From positions 224,001 through 288,000 of the forward strand of contig OZ219747.1 in assembly GCA_964291265.2 (NCBI GenBank): a DNA stretch of 64,000 nucleotides, in the 5' to 3' direction. Positions 30,931-40,560 of this stretch are shown piece after piece. The notes under the pieces are model-generated. The model did not search any database. It was given only the letters and a program-made list of their open reading frames with translations, and was not told the origin of the DNA. This DNA is from Alphaproteobacteria bacterium. Its GTDB lineage: Bacteria; Pseudomonadota; Alphaproteobacteria; SP197. The position numbers were made by a program, and so were the translations under genes. Each line of letters starts with the position of its first letter. Position 1 is the first letter of the stretch.

Positions 30931-32198
30931 TCTGGACCTCCCTCTCCACCGCCCTGGGTGAAGGCGACGGCGGTCTCCATCCAGCCCCCGGCGTGCAGGC
31001 GGCCCAACCCCTGGGTGTCCCGCAGGTTCTCGACATCGGGCAGGTCGGCGACCGGGCGGATCACGGCATCCTCCGTATCCTCCGAGCGGCAGACGACGGA
31101 CATGTTGCGGAACGTGTCGCCGTTCACCATGGAGAGCAGTTCGGGCGAATGGGTCGTGGTGATGACCTGCACCGTACCCTTCCCGGTCTGGCGTTCGATC
31201 AGATCGACCAGCAGATGAAGCCGCGACGGGTGGATGCCGTTGTCGATCTCCTCGAAGAAATAGAGGCCCGCCGACGCTTCATCGAGCAGCGCCGCCAGCA
31301 TGGCAAGGAAACGCAGGGTGCCGTCCGATGCGCTGTAGGCGGAAATCCCTCTTCCGTTTCTCTCGCGGATCGCGAGTTGCACCAGTCCGGTCGTGGGATC
31401 GCGCGGAAACTCGAAGCCTTCCACGTCCATCGGCGTCAGTTCGCGAACCCAGTCGAACAAGACCTCCCTCTTCCCTTCGTCGGCGCAGATTTTCTGCAGC
31501 ACCGTGGGGAGATTCTCGCCGCTGTCTCCGAGCGTCACCAAGCCGGGAAAAGCGGGCTTGCGCATGAGGTCGGGGATCGGATCGAGAAAGCGGCAACGCC
31601 CCAGTAGATTCGCCAGCTCCCTGGCTCGGTCCTTGTGCGCACGGGCCACATGCCCGACGCCTTGAATCTGGGTCAAGGCAGGCTGATCCCGTCTGACAGC
31701 GATTCGGTGGCCATATTTACGCTGGGCGCCGGTTTTCCCCATGCGAAGCAGCAGCTGGGCATCGTCGTCCTGTTCGCAAAGGGGGTCGGGCGGCTGCGGA
31801 CGGCTCGTATAGACAAGCTCATCCATGGCATGGAGTTCCTCGAACTCGACCCGAAAGCCGTCTTGACTGTCGAACCTCGCTCCGATGCGATAGGCGGCGA
31901 TCGATTCGTCCGCCAACCTTGCATCGAGCTCGATGGACAGCGCTCGCTGTCCCAGGCGAACGAGTTCGTTGGCCCCGCCGCGAATCGGTTCCCATTCGAC
32001 CTGTCCGCCGGCGCCGTACTTGCCGCCGACCGTCTCCGCCAGGGTATAGCCGCGTCCAACGCCGTGCAGGAAGCGGAAGGCGTCGCGGACATTGCTCTTG
32101 CCGCTGGCGTTGGCGCCGATGATCACGGTGAACGCGCCGACTCGCAATGACTCGTCGGCGAAGTTCTTGAAATCCCTGAGCCCGACCTTGCGGATCAT
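30927..32198 (-). CDS. ABC/SMC-like (AAA_21 type) ATPase
   Basis: GANASGKS, SDGTLR signature, FFEEIDNGIHP, TTHS. Confidence 0.9.
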   Translation of the reverse strand: MIRKVGLRDFKNFADESLRVGAFTVIIGANASGKSNVRDAFRFLHGVGRGYTLAETVGGKYGAGGQVEWEPIRGGANELVRLGQRALSIELDARLADESIAAYRIGARFDSQDGFRVEFEELHAMDELVYTSRPQPPDPLCEQDDDAQLLLRMGKTGAQRKYGHRIAVRRDQPALTQIQGVGHVARAHKDRARELANLLGRCRFLDPIPDLMRKPAFPGLVTLGDSGENLPTVLQKICADEGKREVLFDWVRELTPMDVEGFEFPRDPTTGLVQLAIRERNGRGISAYSASDGTLRFLAMLAALLDEASAGLYFFEEIDNGIHPSRLHLLVDLIERQTGKGTVQVITTTHSPELLSMVNGDTFRNMSVVCRSEDTEDAVIRPVADLPDVENLRDTQGLGRLHAGGWMETAVAFTQGGGEGGPE

Positions 32199-35100
32199 GG
32201 TGCCTCCTCGAGCGCCAGCTTACCCTGGCGCGGAGCGGTGTAGTCGGCTCGTGAGTCGAGGTGGTTGGAAAGGGATTCGAGGATCGCGCGTTCCTGCGAA
32301 CCGGTGGCCGCCAATTCGACAAGCGCCTGCAGCAGCCGCGCGAACAGGGCGTTGCGTGCGAGACGGCTGTCATCGATGTAGGCATTCACCTTGGCCTCGT
32401 CGCCGGCGCGCCAGAGCTGCATCAGCTTGTGCGCCCGATCGATCAACGGTACAGGCCCCCCACCCGGGCCTATCGAGCCCAGCCCCTTGCCCTTGCGCCG
32501 GTTCCAGGGCAGCAGCTTCGCCTTGCCGCCCCGGCCGCCGGATGCGCCGTCCGCGTCACCGTCATCTTCGTCGCCGGCCTCGTCGTCCTCCGCTTCGTCG
32601 AGTTGGGCGCGGCCGGAGCGCGAGAGGATGGCGAAGCGGTCGGAGAGGTCGCGGTCGGACAGGTTGCAGGACAGCGCATAGAGGATACAGGCACCGGCCG
32701 GGGCCTCGCCCAGACCGAAATCCCCGCGATGCAGGAGGTAGTAGGTGGTGACATCGTCGAGGTCACTCGCCGCGGCGGGATCGCCGTCGCGAGTCAGCAC
32801 CCGGCCGACAACGAAATCGACCACCATGCGTCGTACCTCGCGCAGGAATTCGGAGACCGCCATGGTCTCGCCCGGCGCATCGGCCTTCTTCACCAGGGGA
32901 TACCGGGAGTAGGCTTCGAGTGCCGGCCCCGTCGCGGCCCACACGAAGTCCGGCCCGCGGATGCCGGCATCCCAGAAGTCGCGCAGCCGCCGCACGATGT
33001 TCTCGCGCATCTCGGCCAGCACCGCGCTGTCCCAGCCGGGTCGGGCTTGCGGGCGCTTGCGGCAGACGAGCCAGACCGAGGAGGCGAGGGCGGCAGAGTT
33101 CAGCGAACGCTGCCGGTTCTGCATCTCGGTCTGGATCGGCCAGGAGCCGGTGACGACAAAGCCGGCGCGGATCAGCGCCGCGGCCAGAGTCTCCCAGGCG
33201 TCGGGAGACTTGTTGGCGAAGACGACGACCAGACGTCCCTCCGGCTTCAGCGCCTCGTGGCAGGCGCGGAAGGCGCGGGCCATGCCGTCTTCATAGGCCT
33301 GCTTCGACGCCGCCCGATCGCCGCCGAACCGGCTGGCGTCGTCGATCAGCTCGCCGTCGCCGCCTGCCGCGTTCCATTTCGGGCCGAGGGGGTCGGCGAA
33401 CACCGTGTCGGCGTCCGGAACGACGCCGTGCAGCGCCCGGCGCAGCCAGACATAGAAGAAGTCCATCAGGTTCGAATAGGGGATGGCGTCGTAATAGGGC
33501 GGGTCGGTGACGACGGCGTCGAAACCGCCGGGAACGGGTGCGAGCGCCGACTGCCGCAGCACCGTGGCGCCGGGAGCGCCGATTGCCGCGCCTTGCAGAT
33601 GCTCGACGACGCGGGCGATCCACTCGACGGCCTGGATGAAGCCGCCGGTGGTGTCGGCGAGCGGGCAGGACTCGACGAAGTCCCACACGACGGGCAGCGC
33701 GAAACGGGCGAAGGTGCTGCGGATTTTCTCCGGATCGTTGGTCCAGGTCGCAAGCGCGCTGCCCCGGTCCGCGAGGCGGCCGAGCGACGGGGCCAGACAG
33801 ACCAGGATCGCTTCGCGCCATTCCGGCGGGAGGTCCGCCATCGCGTCGGCGCACCGCCGCATCTCCCGCAGCACCGAACCCAACGCCAGAAGCTGCCGGT
33901 CGGTGAACAGCTTATCCCAGCGGTCGAGGCCGTAATTCTCCACCGAAAAGGCGCGGGCAGCGCCCGGTCCCTGGCGCGGCGTCGACTCCATCGGCAGTCC
34001 GAAGGGAATGTCGGCATACAGTGCTTCCAGTTCGCCGGGAGAGATTTCCGCGGCGCGCAGTTCCTCGTCCTGTGGCAAGCGGTATTCCTTGCCCTCCGGG
34101 CCGTTCACGACCACGGCGGTCATCACCGAGTCCAGCCGACCGGCGCGGCCCTCGAGGCGGAGGTCCTCCATGGACATGATGGCCCGGCAGCAGGGGCAGC
34201 GTGCGCCACTGCGGCTCATCGTGCCTTCGCCGAGCTTCTTGTCGCTCTCGCGCCTCTGCGCCGTGGAGCCGGTGGCCGGCGGCACCCCGGCCTCGATCCC
34301 GAAGGCAACGCCGGCGCCGTCCGTCCGCGGCGTCATGGTGAGCAGGACGCGCTTGTTCTCCTTCCTGCAAAGCCAGCGCGTCTTCAGCAGCGGCAGCACG
34401 GCGCGGCAGCCCTTGCAGCGCACGGTGCGCGCCCAGAGATACGCCACGGTCGGCTTCGCCACCCAGCGCGGCCGGCGCGGATCCTTGTGCCAGGCGGCGT
34501 CGAACTCCTCGTTCAGCGACCCGGCGCTGGCCGCGCCCTTGTCGTCTGGCGCCAGCAGCGCAAGCGGCCGCGGCTCGAACGACGGGCCACCCGGGGCTGG
34601 CGCCTCGAACGCGGCGTAGGTCGGATAGCGCACCGCCAGCACCGCGCGAACCGCGGCCAGCACACGCCAGCCCCAGGCCCGCACATGCCACGCGAGATCG
34701 GCCTCACAAGAGGTGTCCTCGGTCAGCGCCAGTTCTGCCGCTCCGCTCTCCGTCGTGAAGCCGAGCGCCGCAAGCCTGCCGTCCAGCTGCCTGCCCTTGA
34801 AGCCCCGGGCCTTGAGGAAGACCGTCATGAAGTCACGGTCGCTGCGCGCGAAGTCGGGCAGTGGCAGGGTCTCGCCCGCCAGCCGGCGCGGGTAGTCGAG
34901 GGTGCACTTGAGGATGAACCAGGCCACGGGATTGATATCGACGGCGGTCGCCTCGCAGCCGAGCCGCATCGCCTCCAGGGGGATGGCGCCGCCTCCGGCG
35001 AAGGGGTCCAGAACCCTGGGCGCGCGGCCGTCATGGGCCTCGTGGATGCGCTCACGGAACCACTGGAGGTCCGGGCCGTCCTCGCGCCCCCAGTGCAGCA

Positions 35101-35404
35101 GGCCGCCCTCGGTCTCGCGCCGGCGCTTCTCCACCACGCGGCCGCCACGGCGCTCGTACTTCACCCTCTCGACGACATCGCCCGCCAGACGGCGGTAGAG
35201 GGCCTGCCGTGCCGTGACATCACCGGGATCGGGCAGCAGCGTCGCCACCAGTGCCGCCCGGCATGCCGCCAGCGGTCGGCGCGCCGGCCAGATATGCAGC
35301 GTCGAGATATGTCCGTGACGCACGTTCTTCTCATGCACCGAATCGAGCGACACCCGCTCCAGCGGAAAATCCACCTCGATCAGGCGCGTGTCGGCGTCAT
35401 CCAT
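32195..35404 (-). CDS. DUF1156 family adenine DNA methyltransferase
   Basis: LHIWPARRPL, DPFAGGG (SAM binding), TDPPYYD (catalytic), CxxC pairs; GGAGG RBS before ATG 35404. Confidence 0.92.
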   Translation of the reverse strand: MDDADTRLIEVDFPLERVSLDSVHEKNVRHGHISTLHIWPARRPLAACRAALVATLLPDPGDVTARQALYRRLAGDVVERVKYERRGGRVVEKRRRETEGGLLHWGREDGPDLQWFRERIHEAHDGRAPRVLDPFAGGGAIPLEAMRLGCEATAVDINPVAWFILKCTLDYPRRLAGETLPLPDFARSDRDFMTVFLKARGFKGRQLDGRLAALGFTTESGAAELALTEDTSCEADLAWHVRAWGWRVLAAVRAVLAVRYPTYAAFEAPAPGGPSFEPRPLALLAPDDKGAASAGSLNEEFDAAWHKDPRRPRWVAKPTVAYLWARTVRCKGCRAVLPLLKTRWLCRKENKRVLLTMTPRTDGAGVAFGIEAGVPPATGSTAQRRESDKKLGEGTMSRSGARCPCCRAIMSMEDLRLEGRAGRLDSVMTAVVVNGPEGKEYRLPQDEELRAAEISPGELEALYADIPFGLPMESTPRQGPGAARAFSVENYGLDRWDKLFTDRQLLALGSVLREMRRCADAMADLPPEWREAILVCLAPSLGRLADRGSALATWTNDPEKIRSTFARFALPVVWDFVESCPLADTTGGFIQAVEWIARVVEHLQGAAIGAPGATVLRQSALAPVPGGFDAVVTDPPYYDAIPYSNLMDFFYVWLRRALHGVVPDADTVFADPLGPKWNAAGGDGELIDDASRFGGDRAASKQAYEDGMARAFRACHEALKPEGRLVVVFANKSPDAWETLAAALIRAGFVVTGSWPIQTEMQNRQRSLNSAALASSVWLVCRKRPQARPGWDSAVLAEMRENIVRRLRDFWDAGIRGPDFVWAATGPALEAYSRYPLVKKADAPGETMAVSEFLREVRRMVVDFVVGRVLTRDGDPAAASDLDDVTTYYLLHRGDFGLGEAPAGACILYALSCNLSDRDLSDRFAILSRSGRAQLDEAEDDEAGDEDDGDADGASGGRGGKAKLLPWNRRKGKGLGSIGPGGGPVPLIDRAHKLMQLWRAGDEAKVNAYIDDSRLARNALFARLLQALVELAATGSQERAILESLSNHLDSRADYTAPRQGKLALEEAP

Positions 35405-35421
35405 TCCCTGTCCTCCGCCAG

Positions 35422-35574
35422 TCATGGCCAGGTCGGTCTCGCATGGTCCTGGATGGTCCATTCGCCGACCAGCGCCCGGCAGGCCCGTTCGATGGGGCGA
35501 CGTACGGGATACTCGGCTCCCTGGGAGCGATCGTGTGCAGTGTTCCCGCCCTCCCTGGCATGGCTCAGCATCAT
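35422..35574 (-). CDS. 50-aa hypothetical ORF inside the defence operon
   Basis: Start overlaps the helicase stop (ATGA); stop overlaps an in-frame ATG of the methylase (ATGA). Confidence 0.35.
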   Translation of the reverse strand: MMLSHAREGGNTAHDRSQGAEYPVRRPIERACRALVGEWTIQDHARPTWP

Positions 35575-38500
35575 GCCTGCATCTCGTCCGTGCTCGCCGA
35601 CAGGATCTCCGACGCCGAGATGACGATGCCGCCTCTTGTCCGGGTCAGCAGGCGGCCGAACGGATTGCGGACCCTGACCAGGCGGGGGCGCGGCCCGGCG
35701 CAGTCGAAGACGACATAGAGCCAGTAGCGCTCGCGCAGGTTGCAGGCGGCCGCCCATTCGTTTTCGCTCACCTCCACCACACCGGAACCGGCGCGGCCCT
35801 TGACCTCTATGGCGCGGTCCTCCGCCGGCCCGTTGGCGCCGGCCGGGCGCAGCGAACGAAGATCGAAGCCGGGCCAGTCGCCCAGGCCCTCGTGCCTCGC
35901 CAATTCTGGCCGCGACACGTCACGAACCGAGGCCCCCGCCGCTTCCTCATGGGCGCGCGCAAGGTCCATGGCGATCGCCTCGACTTCGGCGTCGTGCCGC
36001 CGCCGCTCTTCCGGGTCGCCGGTCGGCAGGACCAGAGCATGGGCGATCATCACCGTCTCGCCGGGACTGACCGAGGCAGGTTCCGCCTCCAGCGCCGCCA
36101 GATGACAGCGCTGATCCGCGACGAGGCGGCTCTGCTCTTCCCTCACGACGGCGAGCTCCGCCTGCGCTTGCGAGGCGCCCTCGCGGGCCTCCCGATTCAT
36201 GCTCTGCCGTCTCTTCATCAACTCGGCGGTCTTGTAGTCGTAGCCGCGCGCGATCCACCGGCGCCGTTCCGGCAGCGACTCCTCGAGGAGTGCGCGATGC
36301 TGCGCCGCCAGGCGCAGCGCATCCTCCTTCAGCCACGTCCTGGCCTCCTCCGTCAGCCTGTGCGCCATGCGGGCCAGCGGTATGCTGCCCGGCGCGGCGG
36401 CGCCAACGCCGCGCAGCAGAAACAGGTGCTCGGGCGGGCATGGCGAAACGGCGCCGTCGCTCTCCTGCCGCAGCCCCAGCGGACGGGTCTCGACTGTCTC
36501 CGTCCGGTTTCGTCCGCGACGCACCACCGAGATCCGCGCCAGGTGAAAGAGGTAGGGCTCCTCGGCGTGGGGATCGACGAAGATCGCGCCGCGCAGCGCC
36601 TCGCCACCGCGACGCGCCAGCAGGGCGGCGTGAAAGCACTCGAACACCGGTTCGCCGGGATGCATCCAGATGGCGTCGCTCCCGGCTTCCGGGCGCTGGA
36701 ACGTCAACCGGCTCCGCATCGCTTCGGGATAGTCATCCATGGCGGCGCGCACATCGTCGGCGGCGCCCGGCCGTTCGGGCGCGAAGTCGAACACGCCTCC
36801 GGCGTCGCCCTCGAGCCGCAGGTCGATCAGGGAGGCCGCGGTCTCGACGAAGCGGCGGACATGGCCAGGGAGCAGGCGGCGATACTGTTCACGCTCCATC
36901 GCCGCGCTGAGTTCGGGAAGACGGGCCCGGACCTCGTCTCGTCCGTAGAGCCTGCGCTCCCGCTGGCCGTTGGCAGCAACACGCTCCGACGTCAGGCCGC
37001 TTTCGAGCGCCTCGACGGCGGCGCGGGCGCCGGCCTCCGTCACCGCCTGCTGCAGATAATCCCTGAGCGGCAGATTCTCGAACAGGTGCCCGACGACGTC
37101 GAACACCTTGTCCGAGGAGAGTTCATGGCGGATCGCCTCGAGCTTGTCGAGCAGCACCTTGAGAACCCGGCCTTCGCGCGTCTCCCCGGCGATCAGGTTG
37201 ACGATCACCACCGGGTCGCGTGTCTGTCCGTAACGGTGGATGCGCCCCATCCTCTGCTCCAGGCGTGCCGGATTCCAGGGCACGTCGTAGTTCACCATCA
37301 GCCAGCAGAACTGGAGATTGATGCCCTCGCCGGCGGCGTCCGTCGCGACCAGATAACTCGCGCCGCCGCGCTCCGCCGGACGCCGGAACAGCGCCACCTG
37401 CGCCTCGCGCGCGCGGTAATCCAGGCCGCCATGGATCAGGGCGACCCGACCGGCAAAGCCGAGGCCTTCCAGGCGGCGCACGAGGAACTCCGCCGTGTCG
37501 CGGTGCTCGGTGAAGACGATGAGCTTCTCCCGGGCGAAGGCCGGATCGCTCATGACCGCGCGCAACTTCTCGAACTTGGAGTCCTCGCCAGCTTCGGCAA
37601 GACGGCGCGCCTGAGACAGAAGGACTTCGACCTCCGCCCGTTCCTCCCGGAACTCCACAAGGGTGATCGCGGCAAAACCGCCGAGCGCGGCCTCTTCGAA
37701 CTCCTCGTGGCGCTCCCTTTCGCCGCCGTCGTCCGCTTCCTCGTCGGCGGTGCGGGATTCGAAGAAGTCCGGTGTCCTGCCGAGCCGCGCCTGGCCTCGC
37801 TCCAGCTCTTCGCTGCGACCCGCCCGGACAAGCGCGATGGCTTCGTCAAGGCGGTCGAGGCGACGCTCGAACGAACGCATCAAGGCATGGGTCGAACTCG
37901 CGAGCCGGCGCTGGAACACGCTCATCGCAAGGCGGGCCGCGGAACGGTTCAGGATGTGCGCCTTGTTGTAGGTCTTTTCGATGTACTGCGTCGTCGCGTC
38001 GTAGAGCTCCTGTTCGGCCGGAGCGAGCGCGTAACTGAGGGTGTCGCACTTGCGCTGCGGGTAGAGGGGCCGACCGTCGGCGTGAACCATCTCTTCCTTG
38101 GTGCGGCGGATGAAGTGGCGACGGCGCTGCGCTTCGGGGAAGTCCGCGAACGCATCGAAGGTCGCCAGCGCGTCCGGCGCGAGCAGGCGCCACAGGCAGT
38201 AATAGGGGAAGTCCTTGCCCATGTGCGGCGTCGCGGTCAGCAGCAGGATGTTCGGGGCAGACCAGCCGAGGCGCCAGCGCGCACGGTCCGCGGGCAGACC
38301 GGCCAGCGCCTCGGCGAGGCGGTAGCGATCGGTCTTGCGGACCCGGAAATCCTGCTCGCGAGCGGCGGCCAGCTTGTGGGCCTCGTCGAAGACCACGAGG
38401 TCATAGGGCCGCGAGGCGCCCGACTCCACTGCCTCGCGCAGGCGCTGGAACATGCGCTCGCCGGCAAGTGTGTCGACGCTGACGACGATGCGGTCGCTCC

Positions 38501-39125
38501 CCGGCCCAGCAAACGGGTTCCCGGCGCGTGCGTCGGCGCCGCGCACGATGCGGAAGGGGAGGCGGAACAGCGTGCGCATCTCGCGTTCCCAGTTGCCGAC
38601 CAGCCCGGCTGGCGGTACCACGAGCACACGACCGATCAGCCGGCGCGCGAGCATCTCGCGCAGATACAGCCCCGTCATGATCGTCTTTCCGGCACCGGCG
38701 TCGTCGGCAAGGAGAAACCGCAGGGGCGACTGGCCGATCATGTGCTCGTAGACGGCGATACGCTGATGCGGCAACGGGTCAATCGAGGATATCTCGCTGG
38801 CGAAGGTCGGATTGGTCAGATGGCCGTAGGCGAGCTGCGTCGCCGCCGCAACGGCGGCCACCACAGCCGGCTCGGCGCCGAAGTCGAGTGTTGGCGTCAC
38901 CGAAGCGGCGGGTGGCTCGGCCCGTCGAGTCGAGGCCCGGACATCGGCTTCAAGGCTGACGACCCCGCGCCACGCGAGGCGCCCGGGCCTCGACTGACTG
39001 TTCTCCCAGCGGTTCACTGTCGCGAACGACACGCCGATGCGCTTCGCCATCTGCGCCTGCGTAAGCCCCAACCGTCCACGCAAGTCCTTGACCCGAACCG
39101 GGTAGTCTTCCGGAATGTCGCCCAT
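35571..39125 (-). CDS. Xre-HTH / SNF2 helicase / DUF3883 nuclease fusion
   Basis: LTQAQMAKRIGVSFATVNRWE (HTH); LADDAGAGKT, DEAH, TATPH, EGINLQ, QRMGRIHR; C-terminal GFDL...IEVKGR...SENEW. Confidence 0.92.
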   Translation of the reverse strand: MGDIPEDYPVRVKDLRGRLGLTQAQMAKRIGVSFATVNRWENSQSRPGRLAWRGVVSLEADVRASTRRAEPPAASVTPTLDFGAEPAVVAAVAAATQLAYGHLTNPTFASEISSIDPLPHQRIAVYEHMIGQSPLRFLLADDAGAGKTIMTGLYLREMLARRLIGRVLVVPPAGLVGNWEREMRTLFRLPFRIVRGADARAGNPFAGPGSDRIVVSVDTLAGERMFQRLREAVESGASRPYDLVVFDEAHKLAAAREQDFRVRKTDRYRLAEALAGLPADRARWRLGWSAPNILLLTATPHMGKDFPYYCLWRLLAPDALATFDAFADFPEAQRRRHFIRRTKEEMVHADGRPLYPQRKCDTLSYALAPAEQELYDATTQYIEKTYNKAHILNRSAARLAMSVFQRRLASSTHALMRSFERRLDRLDEAIALVRAGRSEELERGQARLGRTPDFFESRTADEEADDGGERERHEEFEEAALGGFAAITLVEFREERAEVEVLLSQARRLAEAGEDSKFEKLRAVMSDPAFAREKLIVFTEHRDTAEFLVRRLEGLGFAGRVALIHGGLDYRAREAQVALFRRPAERGGASYLVATDAAGEGINLQFCWLMVNYDVPWNPARLEQRMGRIHRYGQTRDPVVIVNLIAGETREGRVLKVLLDKLEAIRHELSSDKVFDVVGHLFENLPLRDYLQQAVTEAGARAAVEALESGLTSERVAANGQRERRLYGRDEVRARLPELSAAMEREQYRRLLPGHVRRFVETAASLIDLRLEGDAGGVFDFAPERPGAADDVRAAMDDYPEAMRSRLTFQRPEAGSDAIWMHPGEPVFECFHAALLARRGGEALRGAIFVDPHAEEPYLFHLARISVVRRGRNRTETVETRPLGLRQESDGAVSPCPPEHLFLLRGVGAAAPGSIPLARMAHRLTEEARTWLKEDALRLAAQHRALLEESLPERRRWIARGYDYKTAELMKRRQSMNREAREGASQAQAELAVVREEQSRLVADQRCHLAALEAEPASVSPGETVMIAHALVLPTGDPEERRRHDAEVEAIAMDLARAHEEAAGASVRDVSRPELARHEGLGDWPGFDLRSLRPAGANGPAEDRAIEVKGRAGSGVVEVSENEWAAACNLRERYWLYVVFDCAGPRPRLVRVRNPFGRLLTRTRGGIVISASEILSASTDEMQA

Positions 39126-39182
39126 TCCCGGCCGCACCGCGTTTCTCGATGACATGGGGCATAGATTGGACCATCTCGCACG

Positions 39183-39200
39183 ATATAGCAAATGCTATAT
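39183..39200. promoter_or_regulatory. Palindromic operator upstream of the defence operon
   Basis: ATATAGCA-AA-TGCTATAT, perfect 8-bp arms, AT-rich in a GC-rich context. Confidence 0.6.
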
Positions 39201-40004
39201 TCCCGATCATGTCGCGCGAAGAGACGGTCCTTGCCAAAGGAACGCTGCTGCAGTCTCGCGTGCCGACGGGGCGCCAACCTTCCGGCACTCCACCGTCTGG
39301 AACGCTCAGGTTCGGCTTGCGGAGCCGTTCATCGGCCCTGTCGACAGCGCATGCCTGATCAGCGCCGGGAAACTGCCTGACAACGCACGGGAGTTCAGTC
39401 CCCCGCCACCGGCTCGTCCGGGTGCAGCCCGCTCGCTCCACGCTGCGCCGGCACGCGCTGTAGCGTGAGGATCGAACGCCCGCGTTAAGGACGGCCGCAT
39501 TGGGCCCGGGCTGACGCGTTGAAGACGTGCCTCGCCTGCGACGCTTGTCATCGCGTTCCGCGTCTGACGACCTCTCCCTCCCGACCCGCAAGGGGGGACA
39601 TCACGGCGCCCATCACCGCTTCAGGGTTCCCCGGGTATCGCCCATCATGACCATCGCGGCTTCGTCGTGTCTCACCGGCTCAGCCGGCCGGCTTCCATCC
39701 CGCTGGAGCGCCGAGCCCCTGCCCGGAACACGGGAAAGCGCCGGGTTCCTGTCCCGGGCCATGCAGGACCGGGGCGGGAACCAACCGCAGGCGGACGAAG
39801 AGAAGGATCGCGGTGCGTCGGGTTGACGGGCCGCGCGCGCCGAGGCCAGGTACAGGAGGTCGCCCTTCGCGCCCATCCCCGAGCGAGGGACGAAGACGGA
39901 TGTCGAGTGGCGTTCTTCATGAGGCACCCATGCACGGCCTCGTGAACGTCGGGTGAACCGTGTCCGGTTGACCCGGAGAGGCAGTGCCAGGCCTCACTGT
40001 CTCC

Positions 40005-40559
40005 TCAGGAGCTCCTCGCCGTGGCGTGGCCCGTCTCGAGAAGCCGGGGCATGAGTTCGACGAAATTGCAGGGGCCGAAGCGATGGTCGAGCTGGTGGAC
40101 CAGGATATCGTCCCAGGCGTCCCTGCAGGCGCCGGGCGAACCCGGCAGCGCGAACAGATAGGTGCCTCCGGCGACGCCGGCCGTTGCCCGGGACTGGATC
40201 GTCGAGGTGCCGATCTTGCGGAACGAGAGCCAGCGGAAGAGCTCGCCGAATCCCGGAATCGCCTTGTCGCAGACCTCATCGAAGGCTTCGGGCGTGACGT
40301 CCCGGCCGGTGACTCCGGTCCCCCCCGTCGCGATCACGACATCCACGCCCGGATCGTCGATCCACGCCCGCAGGGTTCCGACGATCGTGGCCACATCGTC
40401 GGTGACAATGCGACGGTCCGCCACCTCGTGGCCCGCCGCCTCGACGCGGTCGACGAGAACGGCGCCTGACCGGTCGTCAGCGAGGGAACGGCTGTCGGAG
40501 ACCGTCAGGACGGCGATCCGGACCGCGAGAAACGACTTGCTGTCATCGATTCCAGGCAT
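40005..40559 (-). CDS. moaB: Molybdenum cofactor biosynthesis protein B
   Basis: IAVLTVSD, TGGTGVTGRDVTPEA, IQSRA, LPGSPGAC. Confidence 0.95.
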   Translation of the reverse strand: MPGIDDSKSFLAVRIAVLTVSDSRSLADDRSGAVLVDRVEAAGHEVADRRIVTDDVATIVGTLRAWIDDPGVDVVIATGGTGVTGRDVTPEAFDEVCDKAIPGFGELFRWLSFRKIGTSTIQSRATAGVAGGTYLFALPGSPGACRDAWDDILVHQLDHRFGPCNFVELMPRLLETGHATARSS

Positions 40560-40560
40560 G

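Noticed and set aside
32261-39152. Very long + strand ORFs (1120 aa and 1254 aa) and similar antisense ORFs such as 6578-8659 and 12066-13778
   Set aside because: These are shadow frames opposite well-supported genes in high-GC DNA and carry no recognisable motifs.
39290-39800. Possible IS110 C-terminal remnant (WNAQVRL...AGKLP..ARE) and bridge-RNA region
   Set aside because: The similarity is too short and degenerate to support without a search.
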